DNA of 64,000 nt. It comes from a virus. The stretch lies in IMG/VR virus record IMGVR_UViG_3300046832_000578. One strand, given 5' to 3'. Below the pieces are notes generated by a model. The model did not search any database. It was not told the DNA's origin and worked only from the letters and a program-made list of their open reading frames with translations. The position numbers and the translations under genes are program-made. Positions 9,719 through 18,594 of this stretch are shown here, one piece after another (within the stretch, counting starts at the first letter, position 1; each line of letters begins with the position of its first letter).

Positions 9719-11902
9719 ATGGAAATGAAAGCATCTGATCTATCCGCAAGACTTCTTGCCACTGAAAATCTTTCAGTGATTCGTGCAAGAACTCGCACTG
9801 CATCTTTCGACATCAAGTCACGAGTGTTGACTCTTCCGATGTGGAAAGACATGACTCCCGAAATTGAAGACATGCTCATTGGGCACGAAGTTGGTCACGC
9901 ATTATATACGCTAGACCAGTATACAGACCCAATTAAAGAAAACCCTAAGATTATGGGTTACATGAATGTTCTCGAAGATGTTCGTATCGAGAAACTAATC
10001 AAACGCAAGTATCCAGGATTGCGTAAACGCATGAATGAAGGATACCGACAACTCAACGATCGTGATTTCTTTGGCACTAAACAAGTCCAAAACTTTGCAG
10101 ATCTTCTCTTGATTGACAAAATCAATTTATACTTCAAAGCAGGATTCTCTTGTGGTGTTACATTCACACCTGATGAAAAGATATTTGTGAATCGTGCAGA
10201 GCGTACTGAAACAGTTGAAGAAGTTATTGAATTGGCACAAGATGTTTATGCATATGCCAAACAACAGGCTGAAGAGCGCAAGCAACGCATGAAAGAAGAA
10301 AACCCTCAAGACTTCGAAGATGAAGACGAGGAAGATCCAATTTATGCTGACTTTGATGATTTGGATATGGATGGTGATTGGGATGAACAGGAAGACGATG
10401 AACCTGATTTGAAACCAACATCTTCACCGAAGAATCAAAACGATGAACGCAAACAGGAAGACGATGAACCTGATTTGGAATCTCAAACAGATCGTGCCTT
10501 CCAAAGTAAACTTGAGGATCTTGCAGACGAAAATACAGAGTACAAGTATTGGAAGTTTGATACTGCACCTAAAGATATTATTGTTGGGTACAAACAAATT
10601 CTAAATGAAACTAAATCACCTGAACTCTGGTCTCAAGAAGAAACAGATGGTAGATATCGTTATGTCAATAAAGAAGACATGCAACGAATCTTTGAGGCAC
10701 AATCAAAAGATTTTGATAACTTCAAGACAGAATCAATTCGTACTGTAAATTATCTTGTCAAAGAATTTGAGATGAAAAAGTCTGCACAATTGTATAAGCG
10801 TGCACAAGTATCAAAGATTGGCTCTCTTGACATGAAGAAACTCTATGCATACAAATTGCAAGATGATTTGTTCAAGCGTGTCACAACGATTCCTAAAGGT
10901 AAGAATCATGGTATGATTCTACTTGTTGATTGGTCTGGTTCGATGAGTGAAGTCTTACAAGATACATTGAAACAAGTTATTAACTTGGCGATGTTCTGTA
11001 ATCGTGTTCAGATTCCATATCGTGTCTTTGCATTCACTGATGGATACAAAGATAAAGCCAATAAAGTTGCTGCAGAGGATTGGGCTGCACACTGCGAAAA
11101 ACTAAAAGAAATTTACAACGCAAAGGTAGAACAAGGCGATATCATTAAGATCGAGGGTTTCCATCTTCTTGAATTGTTTAGCAACAAAATGACTACCAGC
11201 GAGTTTAATAACATGGCTCGTCGTGTATTGGATTATCGTTTCCAATGGAATGAAGGATACAGCACTGGTGGAACACCATTGAATGAAGCATTGGTCTGGT
11301 GTTATCAGAACATTGGTGATTACATGAAGAACAATTCTATTGAGAAGATGACATTCATTACTCTTACTGATGGCGAGGGTGCATCATTGAGTGGTTATGG
11401 ACATCGTTATCTTGAAGAATCTAGAACTGAAATTATTGGCAGTGAATACAAGCGTATCAAAACCAAACATCTTATGCGTGATGAAGTTACTCAGAAAACA
11501 TATGAGATGAGTCGTTACTCAAACTTCCAAGCAGAAATGATTTTGCGTATGATGAAAGATCGTTATGGTATTGCATTGGTAGGATTCCATATCTGTCGTA
11601 ACACTCGTCGTGATTTGTCTGGTGTTCTGAATGCTAATCTACCATCTTTCCGTGGCGATCAATTCTCAGTCATTGAAACATGGAGAAAAGATTTCCGTGC
11701 ACAAGGGTTTGCATCTATCAAAAACACTGGTCGTGATGACTTGTTTATTATCCCACAATCTTCTACCAGAATTGAAGAGGGTGAGTTGGATGTAAAGGCA
11801 GATGCAAATGCAAAAGCGATTGCAAGAAACTTTGGCAAATTCTTGAATGTCAAGAAGACTAGCCGAGTCCTACTCAATCGTTTCGTGGCTCTAGTAGCGT
11901 AA
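9719..11902 (+). CDS. CobT-like protein: N-terminal HExxH metallopeptidase-like domain + C-terminal vWA domain
   Basis: GHEVGHAL, NVLEDVRIE, acidic linker, MIDAS DWSGSM, GGTPL, TLTDGE; paired with MoxR-type ATPase. Confidence 0.85.
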   Translation: MEMKASDLSARLLATENLSVIRARTRTASFDIKSRVLTLPMWKDMTPEIEDMLIGHEVGHALYTLDQYTDPIKENPKIMGYMNVLEDVRIEKLIKRKYPGLRKRMNEGYRQLNDRDFFGTKQVQNFADLLLIDKINLYFKAGFSCGVTFTPDEKIFVNRAERTETVEEVIELAQDVYAYAKQQAEERKQRMKEENPQDFEDEDEEDPIYADFDDLDMDGDWDEQEDDEPDLKPTSSPKNQNDERKQEDDEPDLESQTDRAFQSKLEDLADENTEYKYWKFDTAPKDIIVGYKQILNETKSPELWSQEETDGRYRYVNKEDMQRIFEAQSKDFDNFKTESIRTVNYLVKEFEMKKSAQLYKRAQVSKIGSLDMKKLYAYKLQDDLFKRVTTIPKGKNHGMILLVDWSGSMSEVLQDTLKQVINLAMFCNRVQIPYRVFAFTDGYKDKANKVAAEDWAAHCEKLKEIYNAKVEQGDIIKIEGFHLLELFSNKMTTSEFNNMARRVLDYRFQWNEGYSTGGTPLNEALVWCYQNIGDYMKNNSIEKMTFITLTDGEGASLSGYGHRYLEESRTEIIGSEYKRIKTKHLMRDEVTQKTYEMSRYSNFQAEMILRMMKDRYGIALVGFHICRNTRRDLSGVLNANLPSFRGDQFSVIETWRKDFRAQGFASIKNTGRDDLFIIPQSSTRIEEGELDVKADANAKAIARNFGKFLNVKKTSRVLLNRFVALVA

Positions 11903-11913
11903 GTTGTTGTTTT

Positions 11914-11992
11914 TACAGGGGAAACTAATCCCCTGTGACGTGTAGGGTTATTGCAAATAATGCTTGTCTTTAATTGCGATTTAGGTAATAAT
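11914..11992 (+). promoter_or_regulatory. Palindrome + early promoter cassette, copy B
   Basis: TACAGGGGA..TCCCCTGTG, TGTAGGGTTATT, then TTGTCT(11964)-TTAATTGC..-AATAAT. Confidence 0.7.
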
Positions 11993-12026
11993 TATGGATG
12001 TAATACTTGATTATGGAGAAAATGTG

Positions 12027-13187
12027 ATGGCAAAAACCGATACCCTGTTCCGTGAACAGTTTGAAGCAAAGATGCACGAATTGCACCCAGATGTGCAAAC
12101 TCGTGGTACTGTATCCCGTCCAGAATTGCTGGCTGTGATGCAAGCATTAAAGACTGAGAAATATCCTCTTTGGCTTATGAAAGATAAAGTTGGTCGTGGT
12201 CTATATGCAATTGATGGTGGTACTCATGCAGTTGTTGGAAACACTGCACTGAAACCTAAGGTTGAAACAAAACAAGAATCATTTATTGTGGACTACACTA
12301 ACACTGAAGCACTCATTCCAAAGAAAGATCCGAACTTTGTACCATTCGGTAACTACAATGATTTGGAACATATTATCAAGTCAGGTATCTTTTATCCTGC
12401 ATACATTTCTGGTCCAACTGGGAATGGCAAGTCAACGATGGTCGAACAAATTTGTGCAAAGCATAAGCGTCCATTGATTCGTGTTAATCTTAACATGATG
12501 ACTGACGAAGAACAACTCATCGGTTCCAAAACATTGGAAAATGGTAATGTGGAGATTATCGAGGGTCCAGTTCTTATCGCCATGCGCAATGGTACTGCAC
12601 TCTTGCTTGATGAGATTGATGCTGGCTCTGCCAATACTCTGCTCTGCTTGCAACCAATTCTTGAGGGTAAACCATACTACTTCAAACTCAAGAATGAGAT
12701 GATTGTTCCAGCTGAAGGATTCAACGTCTTTGCCACTGCCAATACTAAGGGTAAGGGTTCAGATGATGGTCGTTACATCGGTACAAACATTTTGAACGAA
12801 GCATTCTTGGAGCGATTCGCTGTGACATTCGAACAGGAATATCCTAATGCGAAGATCGAAGTTAAGATTATTAAGAATCTCATGGAAACTTATTCATGCT
12901 TAAATGAACAGTTTGCAGAGACACTCGTGAAGTGGGCGGATGCAATTCGTCGTACTTTCGAGGATGGTGGTGTGGATGAAACTATTACTACTCGTCGTAT
13001 GATTCACATTGTTCGTGCTTATGCAATCTTTAAGACCGAACAGAAAGCAGTTGAGTTATGTTGCAATCGTTTCGATGCTGCAACAAAGACTGCATTCATC
13101 GACTTGTATGATAAAGTTGCAAATCCGCAACCAGAGGTTGTCGTGGAGCAACCAGTTGCAACACCAGAAGACGAGGTTCCATTTTAA
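12027..13187 (+). CDS. CobS/MoxR-like AAA+ ATPase
   Basis: FVPFGN, GPTGNGKS, LLLDEID, ATANTKGKGSDDGRY.GTN.LNEAFLERF, TRR; typical of T4-like 'cobS'. Confidence 0.9.
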   Translation: MAKTDTLFREQFEAKMHELHPDVQTRGTVSRPELLAVMQALKTEKYPLWLMKDKVGRGLYAIDGGTHAVVGNTALKPKVETKQESFIVDYTNTEALIPKKDPNFVPFGNYNDLEHIIKSGIFYPAYISGPTGNGKSTMVEQICAKHKRPLIRVNLNMMTDEEQLIGSKTLENGNVEIIEGPVLIAMRNGTALLLDEIDAGSANTLLCLQPILEGKPYYFKLKNEMIVPAEGFNVFATANTKGKGSDDGRYIGTNILNEAFLERFAVTFEQEYPNAKIEVKIIKNLMETYSCLNEQFAETLVKWADAIRRTFEDGGVDETITTRRMIHIVRAYAIFKTEQKAVELCCNRFDAATKTAFIDLYDKVANPQPEVVVEQPVATPEDEVPF

Positions 13188-13189
13188 AC

Positions 13190-13218
13190 TTGTCTTTAAT
13201 TAGAAACTGTAGTATACT
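13190..13218 (+). promoter_or_regulatory. Early sigma70-type promoter
   Basis: TTGTCT-TTAATT..(17)-TATACT. Confidence 0.7.
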
Positions 13219-13252
13219 TACATCTTGTTATCATTGAAAAAGGAAATTTATT

Positions 13253-13741
13253 ATGTTGAAATTTGCAAACTTGACCCTGTCCCAAAAACGATTCGTTGTG
13301 TCTGTTCTTGAGACCAACAAACAATACAAGAAAGATGGTCGCATTACTTTGAAAGAATGCGCATCGATCTATTACACTCTCCGTGACCAGCGTACTGGTG
13401 CGAAGAACGAGAAGATTGGTTACCCTAACTGGTTGTTCAATAAGAACAAAGTCGAGCGTGGTGTATATCAACTTCCCTTGCCTACTGAGTCAGACATGAC
13501 TGCATACAGCAAAGAACTCGCTGACAAGCAGACTCCAAAAGTCACTAAGGCGAAAGCCAAAGTTGCTAAACTTGCAAAGGCTAAAACTGTTAAAGTAAAA
13601 GCACCTAAGCAAGTTGAAGCACAGAAGACTGATGCATTGGAATCTTCTCGTCTGCAAAAAATCATCGATGATTCCATTCCTGTGGATGACGATATAGAAG
13701 ACTTTAATGCAATTCTTAAAGAGAATGGCATCGAAGTTTAA
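13253..13741 (+). CDS. Hypothetical basic protein, possibly DNA-binding
   Basis: SD AAGGA; Lys/Ala-rich tract; P.WL...KV.RG.Y segment similar to the N-terminus of the adjacent AAA ATPase (PLWLMKDKVGRGLY). Confidence 0.65.
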   Translation: MLKFANLTLSQKRFVVSVLETNKQYKKDGRITLKECASIYYTLRDQRTGAKNEKIGYPNWLFNKNKVERGVYQLPLPTESDMTAYSKELADKQTPKVTKAKAKVAKLAKAKTVKVKAPKQVEAQKTDALESSRLQKIIDDSIPVDDDIEDFNAILKENGIEV

Positions 13742-13756
13742 TTAAGATTTTTCGTG

Positions 13757-13791
13757 TCATCTGGGGTTAGCCATCCCCCAGATGATTTTTT
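13757..13791 (+). terminator. Rho-independent terminator
   Basis: TCATCTGGGG..CCCCAGATGA + T-run. Confidence 0.75.
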
Positions 13792-13822
13792 CATTTGATG
13801 GTTTATTATGGAGATTTATTAT

Positions 13823-14083
13823 ATGTCTAAACAAGAACTGTTGTTGACCCACCTGCAAAAAGGTAAAGAGTTTACTGCAAAGCAGATCAAGTCCTCTTTT
13901 GGTATTGCACATCCTGCCAGCACTATTCGCAATTTGCGTGATCAAGGTTACTGTGTATACTCAAACCCAGCAGTTGTGAACGGCACTGAAGTGGTTAAGT
14001 ATCGCATTGGTCGTCCAACTCGCAAAATGGTAGCAATTGCTAATGCAGTAGCTGGATCATCTGTATTTACTCGTACAGCCTAA
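13823..14083 (+). CDS. Winged-HTH DNA-binding protein
   Basis: LL.HL..G..FTAKQI...FGI....STIRNLR..GY.V pattern. Confidence 0.7.
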   Translation: MSKQELLLTHLQKGKEFTAKQIKSSFGIAHPASTIRNLRDQGYCVYSNPAVVNGTEVVKYRIGRPTRKMVAIANAVAGSSVFTRTA

Positions 14084-14097
14084 TTAAGTGAGTAATC

Positions 14098-14131
14098 AAT
14101 GGACATTCTTCGGAGTGTCCATTTGTTGTTT
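14098..14131 (+). terminator. Hairpin terminator with UUCG loop
   Basis: AATGGACATTC-TTCG-GAGTGTCCATT + T-rich tail. Confidence 0.75.
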
Positions 14132-14145
14132 CATTTGGAGAGATT

Positions 14146-14517
14146 ATGGCAACCAAAGAAGATATTGTTCCTGTACCAGCAAATACTAAAAAAGGTTTAC
14201 AGGCTATAAAAGATAGTCAAACAGCTACGACTGGTGGACGAAAATTCGATGGAGGTAAACTACAATATGGTTTACTACCACCACTTGCATTAAAAGCAAC
14301 TGTAGAAATTCTAACATTTGGTGCGGAGAAATACGAACCAGATAATTGGAAGAATGTTCCAGACTCTAAACGAAGATACTTTGACGCAATGCAAAGACAT
14401 CTATGGGCATGGAAAGAGGGAGAGCAAGACGATCCCGAAACTGGAAAGAATCACTTGGCACATGCAATGTGCTGCCTTATGTTCTTATATGAACACGATG
14501 TTAAGTATTCAAAATAA
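14146..14517 (+). CDS. dATP/dGTP diphosphohydrolase-like protein (DUF5664 family)
   Basis: G.KFD.GK..Y.LLP, VE.LTFGA.KY..DNW, RH..AW..GE..DPETG..HLAHA.CC..FL. Confidence 0.8.
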   Translation: MATKEDIVPVPANTKKGLQAIKDSQTATTGGRKFDGGKLQYGLLPPLALKATVEILTFGAEKYEPDNWKNVPDSKRRYFDAMQRHLWAWKEGEQDDPETGKNHLAHAMCCLMFLYEHDVKYSK

Positions 14518-14519
14518 AT

Positions 14520-14548
14520 TTGTCAAAAACCTCGTTCTGAGGTATAAT
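14520..14548 (+). promoter_or_regulatory. sigma70-type promoter for clamp/clamp-loader operon
   Basis: TTGTCA-N17-TATAAT. Confidence 0.75.
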
Positions 14549-14591
14549 GTTTTATACATAGTAATGTAATCATTTGAATGGAGAAAAGTAA

Positions 14592-15251
14592 ATGAAACTT
14601 AGTAAAGAAACTGTATCGCTAATTAAGAATTTCGCAGGAATCAATTCGAACCTGCTTCTTAAGAGTGGTAATAAACTAGCAACAATCAGTGCACAGAAGA
14701 ATGTGATGGCTGATGCAACTATCACGGAGACATTCCCTGACTTTGGCATCTACGATCTCAATGAGTTCTTGGGTGCGATGTCTTTGTTTGACGATCCTGA
14801 ACTTGAGTTTGCAGAGAAATTTGTCTCAATCAAACAAGGTAACATGAACATTAAGTTCTTTGCTGCAGACCCAACTGTGCTAACTGCTCCACAAAAAGCA
14901 ATTACATTCCCTGAAGCAGAAATTAACTTTAGTATGTCTGCGAATATGTTAAGTATGATTAACAAAACAGCATCTGTTCTTCGTGCAGCAGATGTGGCAA
15001 TCGTTGGTGATGGTTCAACAATCACTGCAGTGGTTGGAGATAAAAAGAATGCAACAGGAAACTCTTACAGTGAACCTGTTGGAACTACTGACAAAACTTT
15101 TAAGGTAAACTTAAAGGTTGAAAACCTAAAGATGCTTCCAGGAGATTATGAAGTATCAATTTCAAGTAAAAAGATTTCTCGTTTTAAATCTCCGAGCAGT
15201 GACTTGGTTTATTATGTAGCAGTGGAAGCAGATTCTACATTTGAGTTTTAA
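14592..15251 (+). CDS. gp45: Sliding clamp gp45
   Basis: MKLSKET...KNFA.IN, FGIYDLNEFL, ENLKM.PG.Y.V, YYVA.E. Confidence 0.95.
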   Translation: MKLSKETVSLIKNFAGINSNLLLKSGNKLATISAQKNVMADATITETFPDFGIYDLNEFLGAMSLFDDPELEFAEKFVSIKQGNMNIKFFAADPTVLTAPQKAITFPEAEINFSMSANMLSMINKTASVLRAADVAIVGDGSTITAVVGDKKNATGNSYSEPVGTTDKTFKVNLKVENLKMLPGDYEVSISSKKISRFKSPSSDLVYYVAVEADSTFEF

Positions 15252-15301
15252 TTTCAGAGAGGATATAATTCCTCTCTATTCTATATTATGTGGAGATTTA
15301 T

Positions 15302-16255
15302 ATGATTGAAAGTCGTGATGAGCAGTTCTTGTGGGTTGAGAAATATCGCCCACAAAAGATTGATGATTGTATTCTTCCTGAGTCTTTAAAGAAGACATTC
15401 AAGGATTATGTTGCACAAGGTGAGTTGCCTCACTTTCTATTGTGTGGCACGGCAGGTGTAGGTAAAACTACCATCGCCAAAGCATTGTGTAACGAAATCG
15501 GTGCAGAGTATGTAATTCTTAATGGTTCAGATACTGGTGGTCATATCGATACACTCCGTACTACTATTAAGGGTTTTGCTACATCTGTGTCGCTAACTGA
15601 TGCTAAGAAAGTTATTATCTTAGACGAAGCAGATTATCTACAAGCAAACTCCACCCAACCAGCACTCCGTAATTACATGGAAGAATTCTCTGCCAATTGC
15701 AGATTTATCTTCACTGCTAATTATAAGAATCGTATCATTGAACCGATTCATTCTCGCTGTGCTGTTATTGAATTTAAGATTGACTCTAAAGAGAAGCAAG
15801 AGATTGCTGCAGCATTCTTTAAACGAGCAACTGCTATTCTCAAACAAGAAAACATTGAGTTCGATCCTAAAGTTGTAGCAGAACTAATCACCAAACACTT
15901 TCCTGATTATCGTCGTATTCTTAATGAGATGCAACGATACTCTGTGTCAGGTAAAATCGACTCAGGCATTCTCGTCAATATGTCTGAAGAATCTTTCAAA
16001 GGTTTAATTAAACTTATGAAGGACAAAGACTTTACTGAAGTGCGTAAATGGGTTGCCAAAAACTCTGATGCAGATACAACTGCATTGTTTCGTGAATTGT
16101 ATGACAACGCATCCGTAAATATGGATGTGAATAGTATTCCACCAATGGTTCTTATCCTAGCAGACTATCAATACAAAGCAGCATTTGTGGCTGACCATGA
16201 ACTAAATATTATGGCAGCACTAACTGAGATTATGGCTCAGTGCAAATTCAAATGA
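15302..16255 (+). CDS. gp44: Clamp loader large subunit gp44
   Basis: LWVEKYRP, GTAGVGKTT, DEAD, Q.ALR..MEEFS.NCRFI, SRC, FPD.RR. Confidence 0.96.
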   Translation: MIESRDEQFLWVEKYRPQKIDDCILPESLKKTFKDYVAQGELPHFLLCGTAGVGKTTIAKALCNEIGAEYVILNGSDTGGHIDTLRTTIKGFATSVSLTDAKKVIILDEADYLQANSTQPALRNYMEEFSANCRFIFTANYKNRIIEPIHSRCAVIEFKIDSKEKQEIAAAFFKRATAILKQENIEFDPKVVAELITKHFPDYRRILNEMQRYSVSGKIDSGILVNMSEESFKGLIKLMKDKDFTEVRKWVAKNSDADTTALFRELYDNASVNMDVNSIPPMVLILADYQYKAAFVADHELNIMAALTEIMAQCKFK

Positions 16256-16262
16256 GGATGCC

Positions 16263-16583
16263 ATGGAATTTCTTATACTCTTTGCCGTACTAGTAGTGGG
16301 TATCCACTGGGGCTGGACTGCTCGTGAAGCAGTTGCTAAACGAAGAGCAGACTTTCTTTTATCTAAATTACAAGAGATAGAAGAAGATACTCCAGAAGAT
16401 ATTATCCGTATTAATATTGAAAAAGATAATGGTGTGCTCTTTGCATACTACGAACAAGATAGTCGTTTTATAGTACAAGCAAACAGTCGTGAAGAACTGG
16501 AGAATAAACTAAAAGAATTGTTTCCAGGAAAACGATTTGGTTGTTCTCCAGAAACCTTAAGAAAATGTGGCTTTATATTATGA
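16263..16583 (+). CDS. Hypothetical protein with N-terminal TM anchor
   Basis: Hydrophobic N-terminus; GAGGA SD; inserted between gp44 and gp62. Confidence 0.6.
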   Translation: MEFLILFAVLVVGIHWGWTAREAVAKRRADFLLSKLQEIEEDTPEDIIRINIEKDNGVLFAYYEQDSRFIVQANSREELENKLKELFPGKRFGCSPETLRKCGFIL

Positions 16584-16957
16584 CTCCCTTTGACTTTATT
16601 AATGCAATTAACCTAACCAAAAAGAATCTGTTCGAAGATCCACAAGCAGAGAAAGACTATCTCCCCTTTCTTGTGAACAGGGGTTTGTCTTATTTTCCCG
16701 ATACAGTCCTTTATGCCAACGAGATGAATCGTAACTCTGGCATCCCAAAAGACTGGCAATTTTCCTTTTTCCTAAATACTATACCAAAGAAAAAGAGATT
16801 CAGTAAGTGGCATAAAAAAGATGCCGATTCTGATTCCTTGACACTCGTTAAAGAGTACTTTGGTTACTCATCAGAGAAAGCATTAGAAGCATTGAGCATT
16901 CTCTCCGATGAACAGTTGGCTATGATAAAAGAAAAATTATACAAAGGTGGAAAATAA
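16580..16957 (+). CDS. gp62: Clamp loader small subunit gp62
   Basis: PFDF.NAIN, Y.PF.VNR.LSYF.DT..YANEMN, KKRFSKW, EY.GYS..KA. Confidence 0.92.
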   Translation: MTPFDFINAINLTKKNLFEDPQAEKDYLPFLVNRGLSYFPDTVLYANEMNRNSGIPKDWQFSFFLNTIPKKKRFSKWHKKDADSDSLTLVKEYFGYSSEKALEALSILSDEQLAMIKEKLYKGGK

Positions 16958-17376
16958 TGACTGTTGAGATGATTTACTACGACTGGACTCCCGAGTCCAT
17001 GCTTGAAGTGATACTGCCAGAACCAGACAATTTTTTAAAGGTTCGTGAGACACTTACTCGCATCGGCATCGCATCCAGAAAAGAAAACAAACTGTATCAA
17101 TCGTGCCATATCTTGCATAAGCAGGGTAGGTATTTCATCGTGCATTTTAAAGAATTGTTCGCTCTTGATGGTAAAGAATCAAACATCACGAGTGGAGATA
17201 TTGAGAGAAGAAACGCTATTGCTAGTTTATTGCAAGACTGGGATCTTTTAAAGATTCTAAATAATGCATTGGTAGAACAAAAAGCATCACTCTCTCAAAT
17301 TAAGGTGGTCTCTTATAAAGAAAAAGACCAGTGGGAATTAGTTCCAAAATATAACATAGGAAAAAAATCAAAATGA
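16957..17376 (+). CDS. regA: Translational repressor RegA
   Basis: DNFLKVRETLTRIGIAS, LYQSCHILHKQG.YFIVHFKELF.LDG, RRN.IA.LL.DW. Confidence 0.97.
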   Translation: MTVEMIYYDWTPESMLEVILPEPDNFLKVRETLTRIGIASRKENKLYQSCHILHKQGRYFIVHFKELFALDGKESNITSGDIERRNAIASLLQDWDLLKILNNALVEQKASLSQIKVVSYKEKDQWELVPKYNIGKKSK

Positions 17377-17546
17377 TCAAACTTGAATTGACAGTAGATG
17401 AGTGCAATACTATTCTTCGTGTATTAGGTAAGCACCCATTTGAGGAAGTTGTAACAATTATTAACAAGATTAAAGCACAAGGCGAGCCACAAGTGCTAGC
17501 CATGGCAGAAGCAGAAAAATCTGCAGCTGAAGAACCAAAAGCATAA
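17373..17546 (+). CDS. Small hypothetical protein (57 aa, MIKLELTVDECNTILRVLGKHPFEEV...)
   Basis: Manually translated; ATGA overlap with regA stop. Confidence 0.65.
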   Translation: MIKLELTVDECNTILRVLGKHPFEEVVTIINKIKAQGEPQVLAMAEAEKSAAEEPKA

Positions 17547-17650
17547 ATACCATTAGGCATAACTAATGATTTTACTTAGGTTGTTTTTATGTTCTCCGTT
17601 ATAAGTATAAATGTCCTCTATGGACACTAACTTAATTAAGGAGAAAGATT

Positions 17651-17722
17651 ATGTGGACAACACCGACAGCAACAGACATGAGATTCGGATTCGAAGTAAC
17701 AATGTATGTGATGAACAGATAA
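17651..17722 (+). CDS. pqqA: PQQ precursor peptide PqqA (MWTTPTATDMRFGFEVTMYVMNR)
   Basis: Manually translated 23-aa ORF with strong SD (AAGGAGA); MW..P....R.GFEVTMY..NR pattern with the E-x-x-x-Y residues that become PQQ. Confidence 0.92.
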   Translation: MWTTPTATDMRFGFEVTMYVMNR

Positions 17723-17801
17723 GTTTAGAACCTACAAAAGAAGATAAAGAAATAAATATGCAAAAGTTACTTGAAAGTTTAAGTGACTGTGTATAAAAAT
17801 T

Positions 17802-17933
17802 CACCTTAGGACCACTAAGTTACGAATCGTTATAAAGCAGACATGACGCACGATGTCGCTGGAATTGTAACCAGCATCTGATATGCCTTCGGGGTATCAA
17901 TTTTAATTTAACTCGCTTAATAGGAGAAACAAA
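17802..17933 (+). ncRNA. Structured 5' leader of hsp20, ROSE-like RNA thermometer candidate
   Basis: Four successive hairpins, then CTCGCT-TAAT-AGGAG pairing the SD with a bulged G (ROSE U(U/C)GCU signature). Confidence 0.6.
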
Positions 17934-18440
17934 ATGGTAAGACAATTCATCCCCACAATTTTTGGTGAACACTTCAAAGACTTTGATAAGGTGTTCGTAG
18001 GTTTTGACGACCAGTTCTCGAAGATGCAAAGTCTTCATGACGAACTAACCAAAAACATCCCTAACTATCCTCCATTCAATGTTCGTAAGAACGGTAATAC
18101 CTACACGATTGAAATCGCTGTAGCAGGTTTCGCACAAAACGAAATCGACATTACCATCGATGGTGGCAAACTAATCGTTAAGGGTAACTCTGAATCAAAA
18201 GATCCAGAAGATACTGATTACTTGTTCAAAGGTATTGGCATGCGTGCGTTTACTCGTGCATGGGCAATCGGTGACCAGTATGAAGTTAAAGATGCTGAAC
18301 TGTTCAATGGTGTTCTAAAGATTGCTCTTGATCAATTGATTCCAGAAACACAGAAAGCAAAAAAAGTTCCAGTGAAGACTAAAGGGCAAAAAGAATTCTT
18401 ACGAGAGGACGCATATGACAAAGCTGCTGAAACTCTTTAA
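17934..18440 (+). CDS. Small heat-shock protein (Hsp20/IbpA-like)
   Basis: NYPPFNV, IEIAVAGF, YLFKGIG.RAF.R.W, A.L.NGVL.I.L. Confidence 0.95.
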   Translation: MVRQFIPTIFGEHFKDFDKVFVGFDDQFSKMQSLHDELTKNIPNYPPFNVRKNGNTYTIEIAVAGFAQNEIDITIDGGKLIVKGNSESKDPEDTDYLFKGIGMRAFTRAWAIGDQYEVKDAELFNGVLKIALDQLIPETQKAKKVPVKTKGQKEFLREDAYDKAAETL

Positions 18441-18516
18441 GGATGTGTCTAGTGGGCTATATGAAGGTCTTCTTATGATGAGAAAACATAAAGCCGACAG
18501 GTTCAATAGATTATGA
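18415..18516 (+). CDS. Small hypothetical peptide (33 aa)
   Basis: GAGGA SD; manually translated MTKLLKLFKDVSSGLYEGLLMMRKHKADRFNRL. Confidence 0.4.
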   Translation: MTKLLKLFKDVSSGLYEGLLMMRKHKADRFNRL

Positions 18517-18590
18517 CTAACTGGATCCCAATGACAGATGATGATTGGGATTGGGTGAACGGTAAACAACCTAAACCAGTCAAGTCGTAG
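18513..18590 (+). CDS. Small hypothetical peptide (25 aa, MTNWIPMTDDDWDWVNGKQPKPVKS)
   Basis: ATGA-coupled to previous small ORF; ends just before a hairpin. Confidence 0.4.
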   Translation: MTNWIPMTDDDWDWVNGKQPKPVKS

Positions 18591-18594
18591 AAAT

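Noticed and set aside
9719-13187. Cobalamin biosynthesis (cobS/cobT)
   Set aside because: No cobN or other cob genes; a generic MoxR-vWA pair explains the similarity.
14146-14517. Evidence for a 2-aminoadenine (Z) genome
   Set aside because: No purZ or datZ is visible in the window; this gene alone is insufficient.
17611-17796. 61-aa ORF from the track
   Set aside because: It overlaps pqqA in another frame and has no recognisable motif; the strong SD belongs to the pqqA ATG at 17651.
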